Positions 6,907 through 16,207 of a stretch of 20,339 nucleotides of DNA are shown here, piece after piece. The DNA is from a virus. The notes below the pieces were generated by a model, which was not told the origin of the DNA, made no database searches, and saw only the letters and a list, made by a program, of their open reading frames with translations. The number at the start of each line of letters is the position of its first letter. Position 1 is the first letter of the stretch. The stretch covers positions 1 to 20,339 of IMG/VR virus record IMGVR_UViG_3300038318_000146; one strand, written 5' to 3'. The position numbers were made by a program, and so were the translations under genes.

Positions 6907-8268
6907 ATGGATAATGAAAATGCATCAATAGATTTAGAGCAGAAAAAATCTAAAATTGTTAAGGTTTTTGCATCGACTGGAATAGAGCGTAAGGATACTG
7001 TATATAAAGCAGGTGCTTACAGGAATTTTGATACAACTAATAGATTCAACTTGTATCGACAACTCTCGCTTACAAGTCCTCATGTGTTCATTCCGCTTCA
7101 GAAACTTGCCCTTACACTTGTAAAAGGTATCAGGTTTGAAGGAAAATCATCTGTTGTAAAGAATTTTGAAAAGTGGTCCGATAGAATCAATTTTGAGGAG
7201 AAAACACAAACTCTTGCACGATTACTATGTAGGGATGGAACTTACGTAGGACTTTATAATAATGTCAAGAATCCTGACAAAATGGGATTTGAACCCCTCC
7301 TTATGTCACAAACCACCATTGTTCCAAATGGAGTAACAAAGGGTAGTGCAGACACTACATTTATTCTTACACCACCTGTTAATCGCTTTTATGTCAATGA
7401 AATGGGTAATTTAAATGATTTAGAGGTAGGTTCTTACCGTCCAAATCAGGTAATGTATGGTTCATTCTGTGCGAATGATTACACGTTCAGAGATATTTTA
7501 GGTAGAGAAACGTATGGTATCTATGGCACTTCTCTGATTACGCCTATTGAGGATCTTATCTATAAATACTTAGATTTGGTTGAAGGTTACACTAATTACA
7601 TTAAAAAGTATGGTATTGGACGTTACTTTATTGACTACCGTATTCTTGGTGATATGCTTGCTTCCGGTGATATTTCAATGGTAGAAGCACAGGAAATCAT
7701 GCAGGAATTGAGCGATGAGCATCAGTATATTGCAGAGAATCAGGATATTATTGGTGCAGGATTTGATATTAAACAGTTAGATTCAGGTGGAAGTAACATC
7801 AATGTTACGGGATTCAAAGAATCGCTTGAAACCGATATTCAGGTTGGACTATTGCAGGCTCCTCTTACAATGGGTAGAGCAGAAGGAACTACGTATGCAG
7901 CGGGATATGTTTCCGAAGCAGATAGGTTAGTTGTGCTCGAAGGGTTACAAAAGAAGATTATGAGTATCCTGAATGATGAAGGTGGAATTGTCAAACAACG
8001 CGCGGTTGCAATGGGTAAGAATCCCGATGATATTAAAGTAGTCTTTGAAGAGTTATCAAAACCTGCTGTGCAGCCGGGTGATTTACTTGATGCTTACACG
8101 ATGTCTGTTATTAATAAACCTGAACTGCGTATATCGCTTGGATTCCCAAAAGATATGATTGAGAAAGATGAGCGTGATACTGGAGATAATACCATAGAAC
8201 TCTTGAAGCGTGGAAGAAAGAGTAGAAAACCTACTGATAATGGAATGAAATATCCTAGTGAAGAATAA
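6907..8268 (+). CDS. Portal protein
   Basis: 453 aa, immediately after terL and before a gp7-like gene. The segment IQVGLLQAPLTMGRAEGTTYAAG resembles the portal-family motif. Confidence 0.75.
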   Translation: MDNENASIDLEQKKSKIVKVFASTGIERKDTVYKAGAYRNFDTTNRFNLYRQLSLTSPHVFIPLQKLALTLVKGIRFEGKSSVVKNFEKWSDRINFEEKTQTLARLLCRDGTYVGLYNNVKNPDKMGFEPLLMSQTTIVPNGVTKGSADTTFILTPPVNRFYVNEMGNLNDLEVGSYRPNQVMYGSFCANDYTFRDILGRETYGIYGTSLITPIEDLIYKYLDLVEGYTNYIKKYGIGRYFIDYRILGDMLASGDISMVEAQEIMQELSDEHQYIAENQDIIGAGFDIKQLDSGGSNINVTGFKESLETDIQVGLLQAPLTMGRAEGTTYAAGYVSEADRLVVLEGLQKKIMSILNDEGGIVKQRAVAMGKNPDDIKVVFEELSKPAVQPGDLLDAYTMSVINKPELRISLGFPKDMIEKDERDTGDNTIELLKRGRKSRKPTDNGMKYPSEE

Positions 8269-8318
8269 CATATAACAACCTTTTTAATGTTGTTACAGGA
8301 AATAAAATAGTGATATAC

Positions 8319-9071
8319 ATGGAGTTGAATGTTGTTTATAATGAGGATTGTTTAGAAGGGATGAATCGGATTGAAGATAAGTCAGTTGATATGATTCTTT
8401 GCGATCTTCCTTATGGGACTACTCAAAACAAGTGGGATAGTGTTATACCCCTTGATTTATTGTGGGAACAATATAAAAGAATTATAAAAGATAATGGTGC
8501 TATTGTTCTTACAGGAAGTCAACCATTTACTTCATTGTTGGGCGCATCCAATATTAAAATGTTAAAATATTCATGGGTTTGGAAAAAAACATCAGTAACA
8601 GGTCATTTGAATGCAAAAAGAATGCCTATGAAAAATCATGAAGAAATATTAGTATTTTATCAAAAACAACCAACATATAATCCACAAAATGTAATTGATT
8701 TTAATAAGGTTGTTAAACGTGGTAATAACGGTAATTGTTATGGAGACAGTGGTAAGGTTAATTTTCAAGAAAAAACTAATTATCCACGTTCAATTTTAGA
8801 ATTTAAAAGTGTTGGTAAAACTATTCATCCAACCCAAAAACCTGTTGATCTCTTTGAATACTTAATCAAAACTTATACAAATGAAGGTGATACTGTTTTA
8901 GATAATTGTATGGGTAGCGGCACTACTGCAATCGCTTGTATGAACACGAATAGGAATTACATTGGGTTTGAATTAGATAAAGGGTATTATGATATTATTC
9001 TTGAAAGGATTAAGAATCATAAACCTGATGTAATTCAAGAGAGTAAACAAGGATTAGAAGCATGGTTTTAA
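8319..9071 (+). CDS. Orphan DNA methyltransferase, N4-C/N6-A beta class
   Basis: NEDCLEGM...MILCDLPYG (motif IV), HPTQKP, VLDNCMGSGTT (motif I), IGFELD. No cognate endonuclease nearby. Confidence 0.93.
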   Translation: MELNVVYNEDCLEGMNRIEDKSVDMILCDLPYGTTQNKWDSVIPLDLLWEQYKRIIKDNGAIVLTGSQPFTSLLGASNIKMLKYSWVWKKTSVTGHLNAKRMPMKNHEEILVFYQKQPTYNPQNVIDFNKVVKRGNNGNCYGDSGKVNFQEKTNYPRSILEFKSVGKTIHPTQKPVDLFEYLIKTYTNEGDTVLDNCMGSGTTAIACMNTNRNYIGFELDKGYYDIILERIKNHKPDVIQESKQGLEAWF

Positions 9072-9952
9072 GTTATTACAACGAAAGAAAGGTAATTCAG
9101 CAAGAAACTCGTATGAGTAGAACCCTGAATACCTTTTTTACTCGTTCTATTACAAGTATTCCAAACAAGTATCAAATCAATGATGCACTTGAACGTGCAT
9201 TGATTACAGAGTTGAACCGTCCTGTTTCGCGTGTAAAAGTTTCCAATAATATTTATGATGTTCTTACACTTGGTATAACAGAGGTAGAAAAGAGTGATTA
9301 TCAAGTGTATGCAGCAGAAGATGTAGTTGATGAGTATCGTGATATCGCAATGATAGAATATCTTATTGCTGTGCTCTTTTGGTCAAGTGGAAAGAATATC
9401 ATGCGCGATGTTTCTAATCGTTTCTATGCTACTTACACGGTAGATGAAATTGCTAAAATGACAGTGCATCAGGTTCAACAGCGATTACTCAATGTTTACA
9501 ATGATTCATTTGCACATCGCACAGGAATTGTTGCAAGGACACTTGTTAATGATATTTACAATTATGCAACAACGCAGACATATATTGATAATGGGATAAA
9601 TTATTTTCAGTTCCAGGCAGTAATTGATCATAGAACATCAGATATATGTCGCATGTTACACGGTTCTATTTTTCCTGCAAGTGTAGCACAATACTATCGT
9701 CCACCACTTCATTACAGGTGCAGGTCACGATTAATCGCACTTCAGGGGAACACAGTAAGGAATACAGGCATGATGTATGATAATCGTAATTTCTCTACCC
9801 TTTATGATGAAAACATGCGTTCTTACACTAGTAGCGCAATCACACCCACTGTTATTAATCAGGAATTACAGAGAATGAATACATTTAGGCAACAGTGGGT
9901 TTTGCCTGATGAATTATTATTTGAAGATTATTCTTACGTAAGAGGAATTTAA
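9062..9952 (+). CDS. Head morphogenesis protein, SPP1 gp7 / Mu gpF family
   Basis: ARTLVNDIYN...FQAVIDHRTSDICRMLHG...PPLHYRCRS pattern. The start could alternatively be ATG 9113. Confidence 0.88.
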   Translation: MVLSYYNERKVIQQETRMSRTLNTFFTRSITSIPNKYQINDALERALITELNRPVSRVKVSNNIYDVLTLGITEVEKSDYQVYAAEDVVDEYRDIAMIEYLIAVLFWSSGKNIMRDVSNRFYATYTVDEIAKMTVHQVQQRLLNVYNDSFAHRTGIVARTLVNDIYNYATTQTYIDNGINYFQFQAVIDHRTSDICRMLHGSIFPASVAQYYRPPLHYRCRSRLIALQGNTVRNTGMMYDNRNFSTLYDENMRSYTSSAITPTVINQELQRMNTFRQQWVLPDELLFEDYSYVRGI

Positions 9953-9953
9953 A

Positions 9954-11456
9954 ATGGATTATGAAATACCGTTAGAAGATGAAGTTGGATACCTCAATGA
10001 TGAAGAGTTAGTGCAGCGAATCAATGAACTGTGCCTTGATGTTTATGGTGAAGAATATTTTGAAATCTTTGGATTTGAAGAATATACGCGAGAACAGCGC
10101 ATATATCAGATGAAATATTTACAGCGTAAGAGTGATATTCTAGTCAAAGATTTATCAAGTAATCGTGAGGGATATAACTTCCTTGATTTGTGGCGTGAAT
10201 ATTGGAATACGCGCGTTGTGCTTAATTCTGATACTTGTGACATCTATGGGTTTGTAGCACTCTCACAACTCTTTAATCATGTGCGCGTTGAACGTGGTGT
10301 AAAGGATGATTTGCGCCTTCATGCGTGTGTTATAATGCCTTCCGGTATGGCAAAGAGTGAATTTAATGATATACTTGCTGAATTTACAGATATAGCGGAT
10401 AAAACATACTATTCTGTAGGTGAATTTAAAATTAATAAATTGATTGGAGAAATCAATAAGAAGATTGTTTCCAATAATATGCGTATCAATGCATTTAGTA
10501 AGAAAGATAGAGGTTGGGTTGATCCGATTGAACCCGGTGTGCTTGCGTCCTTTGATTTTGTGGTGTTTGATGAGGGTGAAGCGGTCCTTGACCATAAGAA
10601 GATTCGCATTCAGGCTATACTTGATAAGACCATGAATCGTATCGGTTCAAAGGGTAATATGATTACTTCTACAGATAACCGTATTCACTCGAATCCTGCC
10701 TGTTCTATTGTGATTACAAGTTATCATCTTGATACGTATACTCATCTGTTCAAGAAAGGATTATTCCCGCGCATGATTGTCTACGTGCAGCCGGAAGATC
10801 CTATCAAACGCACAAAGACTTCAGAGTATATTGTAAGTGCTATTCCTTCCTTTGTAGATGATATTTCTGAGGCAGAAAAGAAGCGTAAGGACAAAAAGAG
10901 GTTACAAGATAAACTGCGTAAGAAACTGAAGGAAGAAGTAGAGAATCTACAGAACATGCATAAGGATACTGAAACTATCTATATGCGCGCGGGTGTAGAT
11001 GAGATTATCAACGAATACATTACAGAATTACGCAATATTGTTCCGGGGTTGAATCCTGAACAAATTGAAGCGTGGGAATCAATGGTGTCGCGTGTATCAA
11101 TTAATTTCATTAAAGTGGCTGCACTCTTCGCTATGATGAACTATCGTAATTATATTGATAGAGAGGATGCACACAATGCCGCACGTTTATTATTCCCTGC
11201 CATGCGTTCAGTAGCGTTCTATATCATTTCTAACAACACAGGACGCAACGAGAAGTTAAACAGGCTTGTTATGCGCTTACGTCGGGAATATATCGGTATG
11301 CGCTACACAAAAGAAGAATGGCAAAAAGTGTTCTTCAAGAATTTTGGTGCTGGAGAAGGTTCTTCTGAAAAACTCATTGCATTACTCATAGAAAGTGGAA
11401 AGATGCGTGTATTAAAGAACAAGGAAGAAGATACCACTGTATACATGCTATCTTAA
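9954..11456 (+). CDS. Divergent MCM-like AAA+ helicase
   Basis: Walker A MPSGMAKSE (MCM-type AKS), IEPGVLASFDFVVFDEGE (MCM-like Walker B region), GLFPRM arginine finger, sensor-2-like SRVSINFIKVAALFA...DAHNAARL, probable C-terminal winged helix. Confidence 0.7.
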   Translation: MDYEIPLEDEVGYLNDEELVQRINELCLDVYGEEYFEIFGFEEYTREQRIYQMKYLQRKSDILVKDLSSNREGYNFLDLWREYWNTRVVLNSDTCDIYGFVALSQLFNHVRVERGVKDDLRLHACVIMPSGMAKSEFNDILAEFTDIADKTYYSVGEFKINKLIGEINKKIVSNNMRINAFSKKDRGWVDPIEPGVLASFDFVVFDEGEAVLDHKKIRIQAILDKTMNRIGSKGNMITSTDNRIHSNPACSIVITSYHLDTYTHLFKKGLFPRMIVYVQPEDPIKRTKTSEYIVSAIPSFVDDISEAEKKRKDKKRLQDKLRKKLKEEVENLQNMHKDTETIYMRAGVDEIINEYITELRNIVPGLNPEQIEAWESMVSRVSINFIKVAALFAMMNYRNYIDREDAHNAARLLFPAMRSVAFYIISNNTGRNEKLNRLVMRLRREYIGMRYTKEEWQKVFFKNFGAGEGSSEKLIALLIESGKMRVLKNKEEDTTVYMLS

Positions 11457-11481
11457 ATCAAATCTTTTTTATAGTTGAACT

Positions 11482-11500
11482 CACCAATAACATATTGGTG
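11482..11500 (+). promoter_or_regulatory. Hairpin over the putative SD of the SSB gene
   Basis: CACCAATA-ACA-TATTGGTG is a perfect 8-bp stem whose 3' arm contains GGTG. A T-run/TATA-like TTTTTATA lies at 11466-11473. Confidence 0.5.
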
Positions 11501-11506
11501 CTTAGA

Positions 11507-12613
11507 TTGGCATTGAAAAGTAAGAAAGACAAGTCCACCGATGTGGATGAGAGCATTGTAGCAAGAATCAATGAGATTGCAGAAAGAGCCGGTGAACGTC
11601 CCGATGTTATTATGGCAGAGTATAAGAAACGCTTTGCTGAATACATGAAGCGGGATGGTATTACCGCGTCTAAGGCAAGTATTGTTACCATTAAATCGAT
11701 TGTTGGTTCCTACAACGCTGCATTACGTTCTAATATGTCACCGATTAAGGGTTTCTTCTTTGGTTACACTCGACCACGTAATGTCACAGAGAAGGCAAAC
11801 AAAGACGCTGAAGAGCAGATTACAATGTATCAGAAGATGTTTGGTGATGAGTGGAAGGAAAACGCTATCACCGATGGTCTGATTGATGTAGATGGTAATC
11901 TGCTTTACACTAAGAAGAATACTACTACATTTCAGTCTTTCTTGATTGGTAAGAAAATTCCAAAGGTTCAGATGGAGAATAGAGCATTTGGATTCTTTGA
12001 AATGCCTAATTCTGGTGAGGTTAAACCGGGAATTGTGTATGTAAAAGACCCTGCAAACTTTGTTCCTGAATTTGGCAAGGTCTATATGTTCAAGGGAACG
12101 TGCAAGGATGAGAATAAAGACATCGTAAACATCTCTACTGGTATTAACACATCTAAACTTGTTGAACTTGATGATGACTTTGATTACGATGAATTTGTTA
12201 CACTTGTAGAGGATTCACTTGGTGATAATTGTGCTGCTTTTGAAGATGTATATGACGTTGCGAATCAGGTAGTAAATGGAGAGTATAAGGAGCAGAAGTT
12301 CTTACTTGCAGAGGTAATCATTTCCAAGATTAGTATCTTTGATACTTTCGCATATGTTGAAGTGACGCCTCTTGATGATGGATTTGAGGGCAATGTTACA
12401 CTTTCTTGTGAATTGAATACAGTTGCAGGTCTTTGTGAGCAGGCAGTAGGCATTATTTGTTTCAAGCCTTACTTCAATAAGAAGGGTGAAGCAAGTGGTA
12501 ATCTGTTTGGTTTCGTCACCGATCCTAAATTCTCTCGCCCTGAAGATTCGTATGAGATTGCAGAGGATGTAGAGACTGTTGATGCACCTGTTGAGGATGA
12601 CGATTTCCTCTAA
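11507..12613 (+). CDS. Putative single-stranded DNA-binding protein (RPA/OB-fold-like); probable TTG start at 11507
   Basis: RPA-like N-terminal helical region (INEIAERAGERPDVIMAEYKKRF), beta-rich body, strongly acidic tail ending EDDDFL, and position in the replication module. Confidence 0.6.
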   Translation: MALKSKKDKSTDVDESIVARINEIAERAGERPDVIMAEYKKRFAEYMKRDGITASKASIVTIKSIVGSYNAALRSNMSPIKGFFFGYTRPRNVTEKANKDAEEQITMYQKMFGDEWKENAITDGLIDVDGNLLYTKKNTTTFQSFLIGKKIPKVQMENRAFGFFEMPNSGEVKPGIVYVKDPANFVPEFGKVYMFKGTCKDENKDIVNISTGINTSKLVELDDDFDYDEFVTLVEDSLGDNCAAFEDVYDVANQVVNGEYKEQKFLLAEVIISKISIFDTFAYVEVTPLDDGFEGNVTLSCELNTVAGLCEQAVGIICFKPYFNKKGEASGNLFGFVTDPKFSRPEDSYEIAEDVETVDAPVEDDDFL

Positions 12614-12631
12614 TCTTTTTAGGTGATTATT

Positions 12632-12841
12632 ATGGATTATATTACAGCGTTAAAGACTATTGGCGCTTTTGCGTTTATTGCAGTATGCATTGCACTCCTT
12701 TTCATATGGTTTGCTGCATTTTGCTATATTGCGTATGTGATGGTGGGTATGATTGGTATTACAGGAATTTGGCAGACTGTTTGTGGCATTGTGCTTGGTC
12801 TGTTTGTTGCATCGCTTCCTACCGTGTTTGCTCGTAAGTAA
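12632..12841 (+). CDS. Small membrane protein with two predicted TM helices
   Basis: Two long hydrophobic stretches and a basic C-terminus; SD AGGTGA at 12621-12626. Confidence 0.75.
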   Translation: MDYITALKTIGAFAFIAVCIALLFIWFAAFCYIAYVMVGMIGITGIWQTVCGIVLGLFVASLPTVFARK

Positions 12842-12852
12842 GAGGAATGATT

Positions 12853-13692
12853 ATGGCACTTGGTAAAAGGTCTTTAGATAAAGCAGTAGAAGAGATACAG
12901 CAGAAGGAAGATCCTACTGCATCATTCTCCTATGATGATGCAATTCTTTCTCTTCAGAGTAAAGACATTATTTCGATTTATGGAGACAAAGGCACAGGTA
13001 AGACAACTACTACTTACGGTTTAATCGCTCCAGGTTCAAGTGTAAAAGTTTTATCGTTTGATACTAACAGTGTCTTACCAATGGAACTTGATTATATCAA
13101 GAATCAGAATCTTAATATTGAAGTGCTTAATTCTCTTCGACCATATGATCGTTCAACGGCAGAAGATATGTTACGCACTTCGGAAATTGTTTGTAAATGG
13201 AATGCATATTTACTTGATTATATTAAAGATAAAGATGAAAAAAATAATACTGAAACCGATTGGATTGTTGTAGATGGTATCGAACAGTATACAGAGATTT
13301 GTGAGAATGCGGGACGTTTTGAGTTAAAAATAGATAAGTATCAGGGTGTTCCCAATCCTACAGTTTGGAAGATTCGTAACATGCATATTGATAACCTACA
13401 TGATAAGTGTGTTGCAACTGCAAAGGTTGGCGTTATCTACATTATGTATCCCAAGACTGATACATCACTTGTAAGAATGGGTCAGGTTATTGAATCTGAA
13501 CGGACACCAAAATGGGTTAGTAAAGTAATGAAAGAGTCTCAAATAAAGATTCATACAACGAGTGAATTTGTTAAAGAAAATGCTCGTTACTTTGCAATTG
13601 TTGAATCGAGTAAGAAGGAGAAGAAGTATCCTCCAGGTAAGTATGATGTTACCGGGACAACTCTGTATAAACTAATTAATGGAAAGGAGTGA
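12853..13692 (+). CDS. P-loop ATPase, RecA superfamily (AAA_24 / Sak4-like recombination protein)
   Basis: Walker A GDKGTGKT, Walker B WIVVDG, and W..RN motif (WKIRN); lies next to the SSB. Confidence 0.7.
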   Translation: MALGKRSLDKAVEEIQQKEDPTASFSYDDAILSLQSKDIISIYGDKGTGKTTTTYGLIAPGSSVKVLSFDTNSVLPMELDYIKNQNLNIEVLNSLRPYDRSTAEDMLRTSEIVCKWNAYLLDYIKDKDEKNNTETDWIVVDGIEQYTEICENAGRFELKIDKYQGVPNPTVWKIRNMHIDNLHDKCVATAKVGVIYIMYPKTDTSLVRMGQVIESERTPKWVSKVMKESQIKIHTTSEFVKENARYFAIVESSKKEKKYPPGKYDVTGTTLYKLINGKE

Positions 13693-13697
13693 TTATA

Positions 13698-14480
13698 ATG
13701 CATGTTTCTGTTAATACCCTGAAGAATTTTATCAACGTGCTTGGAATTGCGATGAATGGTGATATGGTTATTACACGTAAGCCCAATGAAAATATCATTG
13801 CGAGTGTAACCAACACTGAGAAGCGAGTAATGATTACTGCCTTTATTGCAAATGGTAAGCAGGTTGAATATGATGTTGACGAGTCTGTTGAGATGTGCAT
13901 CAATGAACTTGACTTCAGGAAGCGGTATCTTGCAAACTTCGATGAAGAGTATGTTGGTGTTGTTACAACTGACGATTTGATTGTTCTATCTGACGATAAA
14001 CTAACGGTTAATGTTCCACAGATTGATTACGAGTATGCCTCACGGAGTATTCCGGGTAAGAGTATCGAGGACATTAAATCATCTATTCCTCCGCGTGAGA
14101 TTGTTATTGCGTTTGATGCAGACGACATCCAGAAGTTTATCAAGGTTGCAAAGAATCTTAATGAAACCATTGTGCGATTTACTATTCCTGTAGAGGGAGA
14201 ATATATCAATCTAAGCACTGATAAGCGTTCTAAACTCGAAGTTCATGCGGATATTGATAACAAGTATGGTGAGGAGTTTACTGTTGAATTTGATATCAAT
14301 GCCCTTGAAGATTCGTTTGCAGAGGCACAGTTAGATATTACGATGGGATTTGTCACTGAACAGACAAAGGATCAGTATGGTAATGATGTTCTCTACCCTG
14401 TTACGTTTGATTACATTACGGGTAAGAACACGGAAATTGATGTCTCTGGTTTACTTATTCCTCACAAAATTACGTGGTGA
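13698..14480 (+). CDS. DNA polymerase sliding clamp (PCNA / gp45-like)
   Basis: About 260 aa and acidic, with a two-domain alpha/beta repeat pattern (TLKNFINVL...; DIQKFIKVAKNL...; EFDINALED); directly upstream of the clamp loader. Confidence 0.8.
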   Translation: MHVSVNTLKNFINVLGIAMNGDMVITRKPNENIIASVTNTEKRVMITAFIANGKQVEYDVDESVEMCINELDFRKRYLANFDEEYVGVVTTDDLIVLSDDKLTVNVPQIDYEYASRSIPGKSIEDIKSSIPPREIVIAFDADDIQKFIKVAKNLNETIVRFTIPVEGEYINLSTDKRSKLEVHADIDNKYGEEFTVEFDINALEDSFAEAQLDITMGFVTEQTKDQYGNDVLYPVTFDYITGKNTEIDVSGLLIPHKITW

Positions 14481-14485
14481 TGTGA

Positions 14486-15412
14486 ATGATTACCAACAAA
14501 CTTTTTGTGGAGAAATATCGCCCACAAACGTTTGAGGATTACATTGGTAATGATACCACTGTAATTGCTGGATTACGCAAAGTTGTAAGGGAGAATCCAT
14601 TTTCTCTTCCTAATTTGATTTTTGAATCGTCGGCGGGAACAGGTAAGACTACACTTGCCAAAATCATTATCAATGAACTTGGTGCTGACAAACTGTATCT
14701 AAATGCATCAGATGAGCGTGGTATTGATACGGTGCGTGAAAAGGTTAAAGCATTTGCTTCTACTGTATCATTCAAGTCTGATGTGCCTAAGATTGTGCAT
14801 CTCGATGAAGCAGATGGTTTAACCGCTGATGCACAGAATATTCTCCGTAACATTATGGAAGAGTATTCTTCTCGTTGTCGATTCATCCTTACGTGTAATG
14901 TAATTTCAAAGATTATTGAACCACTCCGTTCTAGGTGTAAGGTTGTATCTTTTGGTAAACCTGCACGTAATGAGATTCTTACACGATTAAGACACATCTG
15001 CACCGAAGAGGACATTACCATTGACGATATAAGTCTCAATGAGATTATTGATGTCAATTACCCTGATATTCGCTCGATGGTGAAGTCTCTTGATATTTAC
15101 AAGAATCTTGGTGAATTAGACACTAAGAAGAATATCAATGTTGCAGATGAACTTTACACGTTAATCAAGGGTAGGAAAATCACTGAAGCACGTAAACTGT
15201 GGAATAGTAACACGGTTGATTACCGGAGCATTACATTCCAAATCTACCTGAAAGTGTGGAATGATGATTCTCTTTCTGCCTCTGACAAGATTTCTGCCAT
15301 TGAAATTGTAGCAGAATCAGATTACAGAATGGTTTATGGTGCTAATGCAGAGATTACCTTTGCAAACATGGCCTTTAAACTCATGCGTATTCTTGGTAAG
15401 AGAGGTGCGTAA
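14486..15412 (+). CDS. rfcS: Clamp loader AAA+ subunit (RFC small / T4 gp44-like)
   Basis: VEKYRPQTF, Walker A SAGTGKTT, LNASDERGIDTVR, Walker B LDEAD, LRSRC (SRC motif). Confidence 0.95.
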   Translation: MITNKLFVEKYRPQTFEDYIGNDTTVIAGLRKVVRENPFSLPNLIFESSAGTGKTTLAKIIINELGADKLYLNASDERGIDTVREKVKAFASTVSFKSDVPKIVHLDEADGLTADAQNILRNIMEEYSSRCRFILTCNVISKIIEPLRSRCKVVSFGKPARNEILTRLRHICTEEDITIDDISLNEIIDVNYPDIRSMVKSLDIYKNLGELDTKKNINVADELYTLIKGRKITEARKLWNSNTVDYRSITFQIYLKVWNDDSLSASDKISAIEIVAESDYRMVYGANAEITFANMAFKLMRILGKRGA

Positions 15413-15654
15413 TGGATAACAAATCAACCATTAAACTCATCAAGAAACATGGTAAGAGTTATAGTGGTAAAACCAATCTTATTAATTTTCTCGAAGGTAA
15501 ACATATCACACGCAAGGAAGCGATAAGTGCTTATTGTTACGATTGTCAGGGATATTGTGAAGATGGTAGAGTAGAGTGTGAGCAGTTACAGTGTCCTTTG
15601 TATTCTTACAGTCAGTTCAACAAATACAACATTAACAAGAGTGATAAAGAATGA
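15412..15654 (+). CDS. Small Cys-rich phage protein (AISAYCYDC...C...CPLY family)
   Basis: CxxC...C...CPL pattern common in uncharacterised phage proteins; overlaps its neighbours. Confidence 0.75.
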   Translation: MDNKSTIKLIKKHGKSYSGKTNLINFLEGKHITRKEAISAYCYDCQGYCEDGRVECEQLQCPLYSYSQFNKYNINKSDKE

Positions 15655-16202
15655 TTCTGGTAGACTATCAGATTAAACAGTGTATTGACTATGGAAACCT
15701 GATTATTACACCATTTGATGAAGAGAGTGTAAATCCCAATTCATATGACTTACACCTTTCAAATCAGTTCAAATATTACATTAATAACGGGCAGATGATT
15801 GATCCGTATGATAGGAATACAATTCTCTACGGACATGAAGTAATTGAAGGTAACACCTTTACAATTCAACCTGGAATGTTTGTGCTTGCTGTTTCACAAG
15901 AGACTATTGCCTTACCTAAGAACATTGCAGCAGCATGTGAAGGTAAATCATCTCTTGCTCGCCTGGGTCTTACCATTCATCAAACTGGAGGATGGATTGA
16001 TGCAGGTTTCGGTGGAACTCTTACGTTTGAACTCTACAATGTAAATAATCGTTCCATTCGTCTTTACAGTGGTATGCCAATTGCACAGTTAGTATTCTTC
16101 GAGGGTGAAACGTGTAGGGTAGGATATAATGAGAAATCATCTTCCAAATACAAGAATCAGACAGGTGCAACTCTTTCACGGTATCATTTGACTAAGGTGT
16201 AA
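15651..16202 (+). CDS. dcd: dCTP deaminase
   Basis: NPNSYDLHL, EGKSSLARLGL, IDAGFGGTLTFELYN, IAQLVF, KYKNQ. Confidence 0.93.
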   Translation: MILVDYQIKQCIDYGNLIITPFDEESVNPNSYDLHLSNQFKYYINNGQMIDPYDRNTILYGHEVIEGNTFTIQPGMFVLAVSQETIALPKNIAAACEGKSSLARLGLTIHQTGGWIDAGFGGTLTFELYNVNNRSIRLYSGMPIAQLVFFEGETCRVGYNEKSSSKYKNQTGATLSRYHLTKV

Positions 16203-16207
16203 TAAGA

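Noticed and set aside
15412-15654. Walker A-like GKSYSGKT in the 80-aa Cys-rich protein
   Set aside because: The protein is too small for a P-loop fold, has no preceding hydrophobic strand and no Walker B; probably coincidental.
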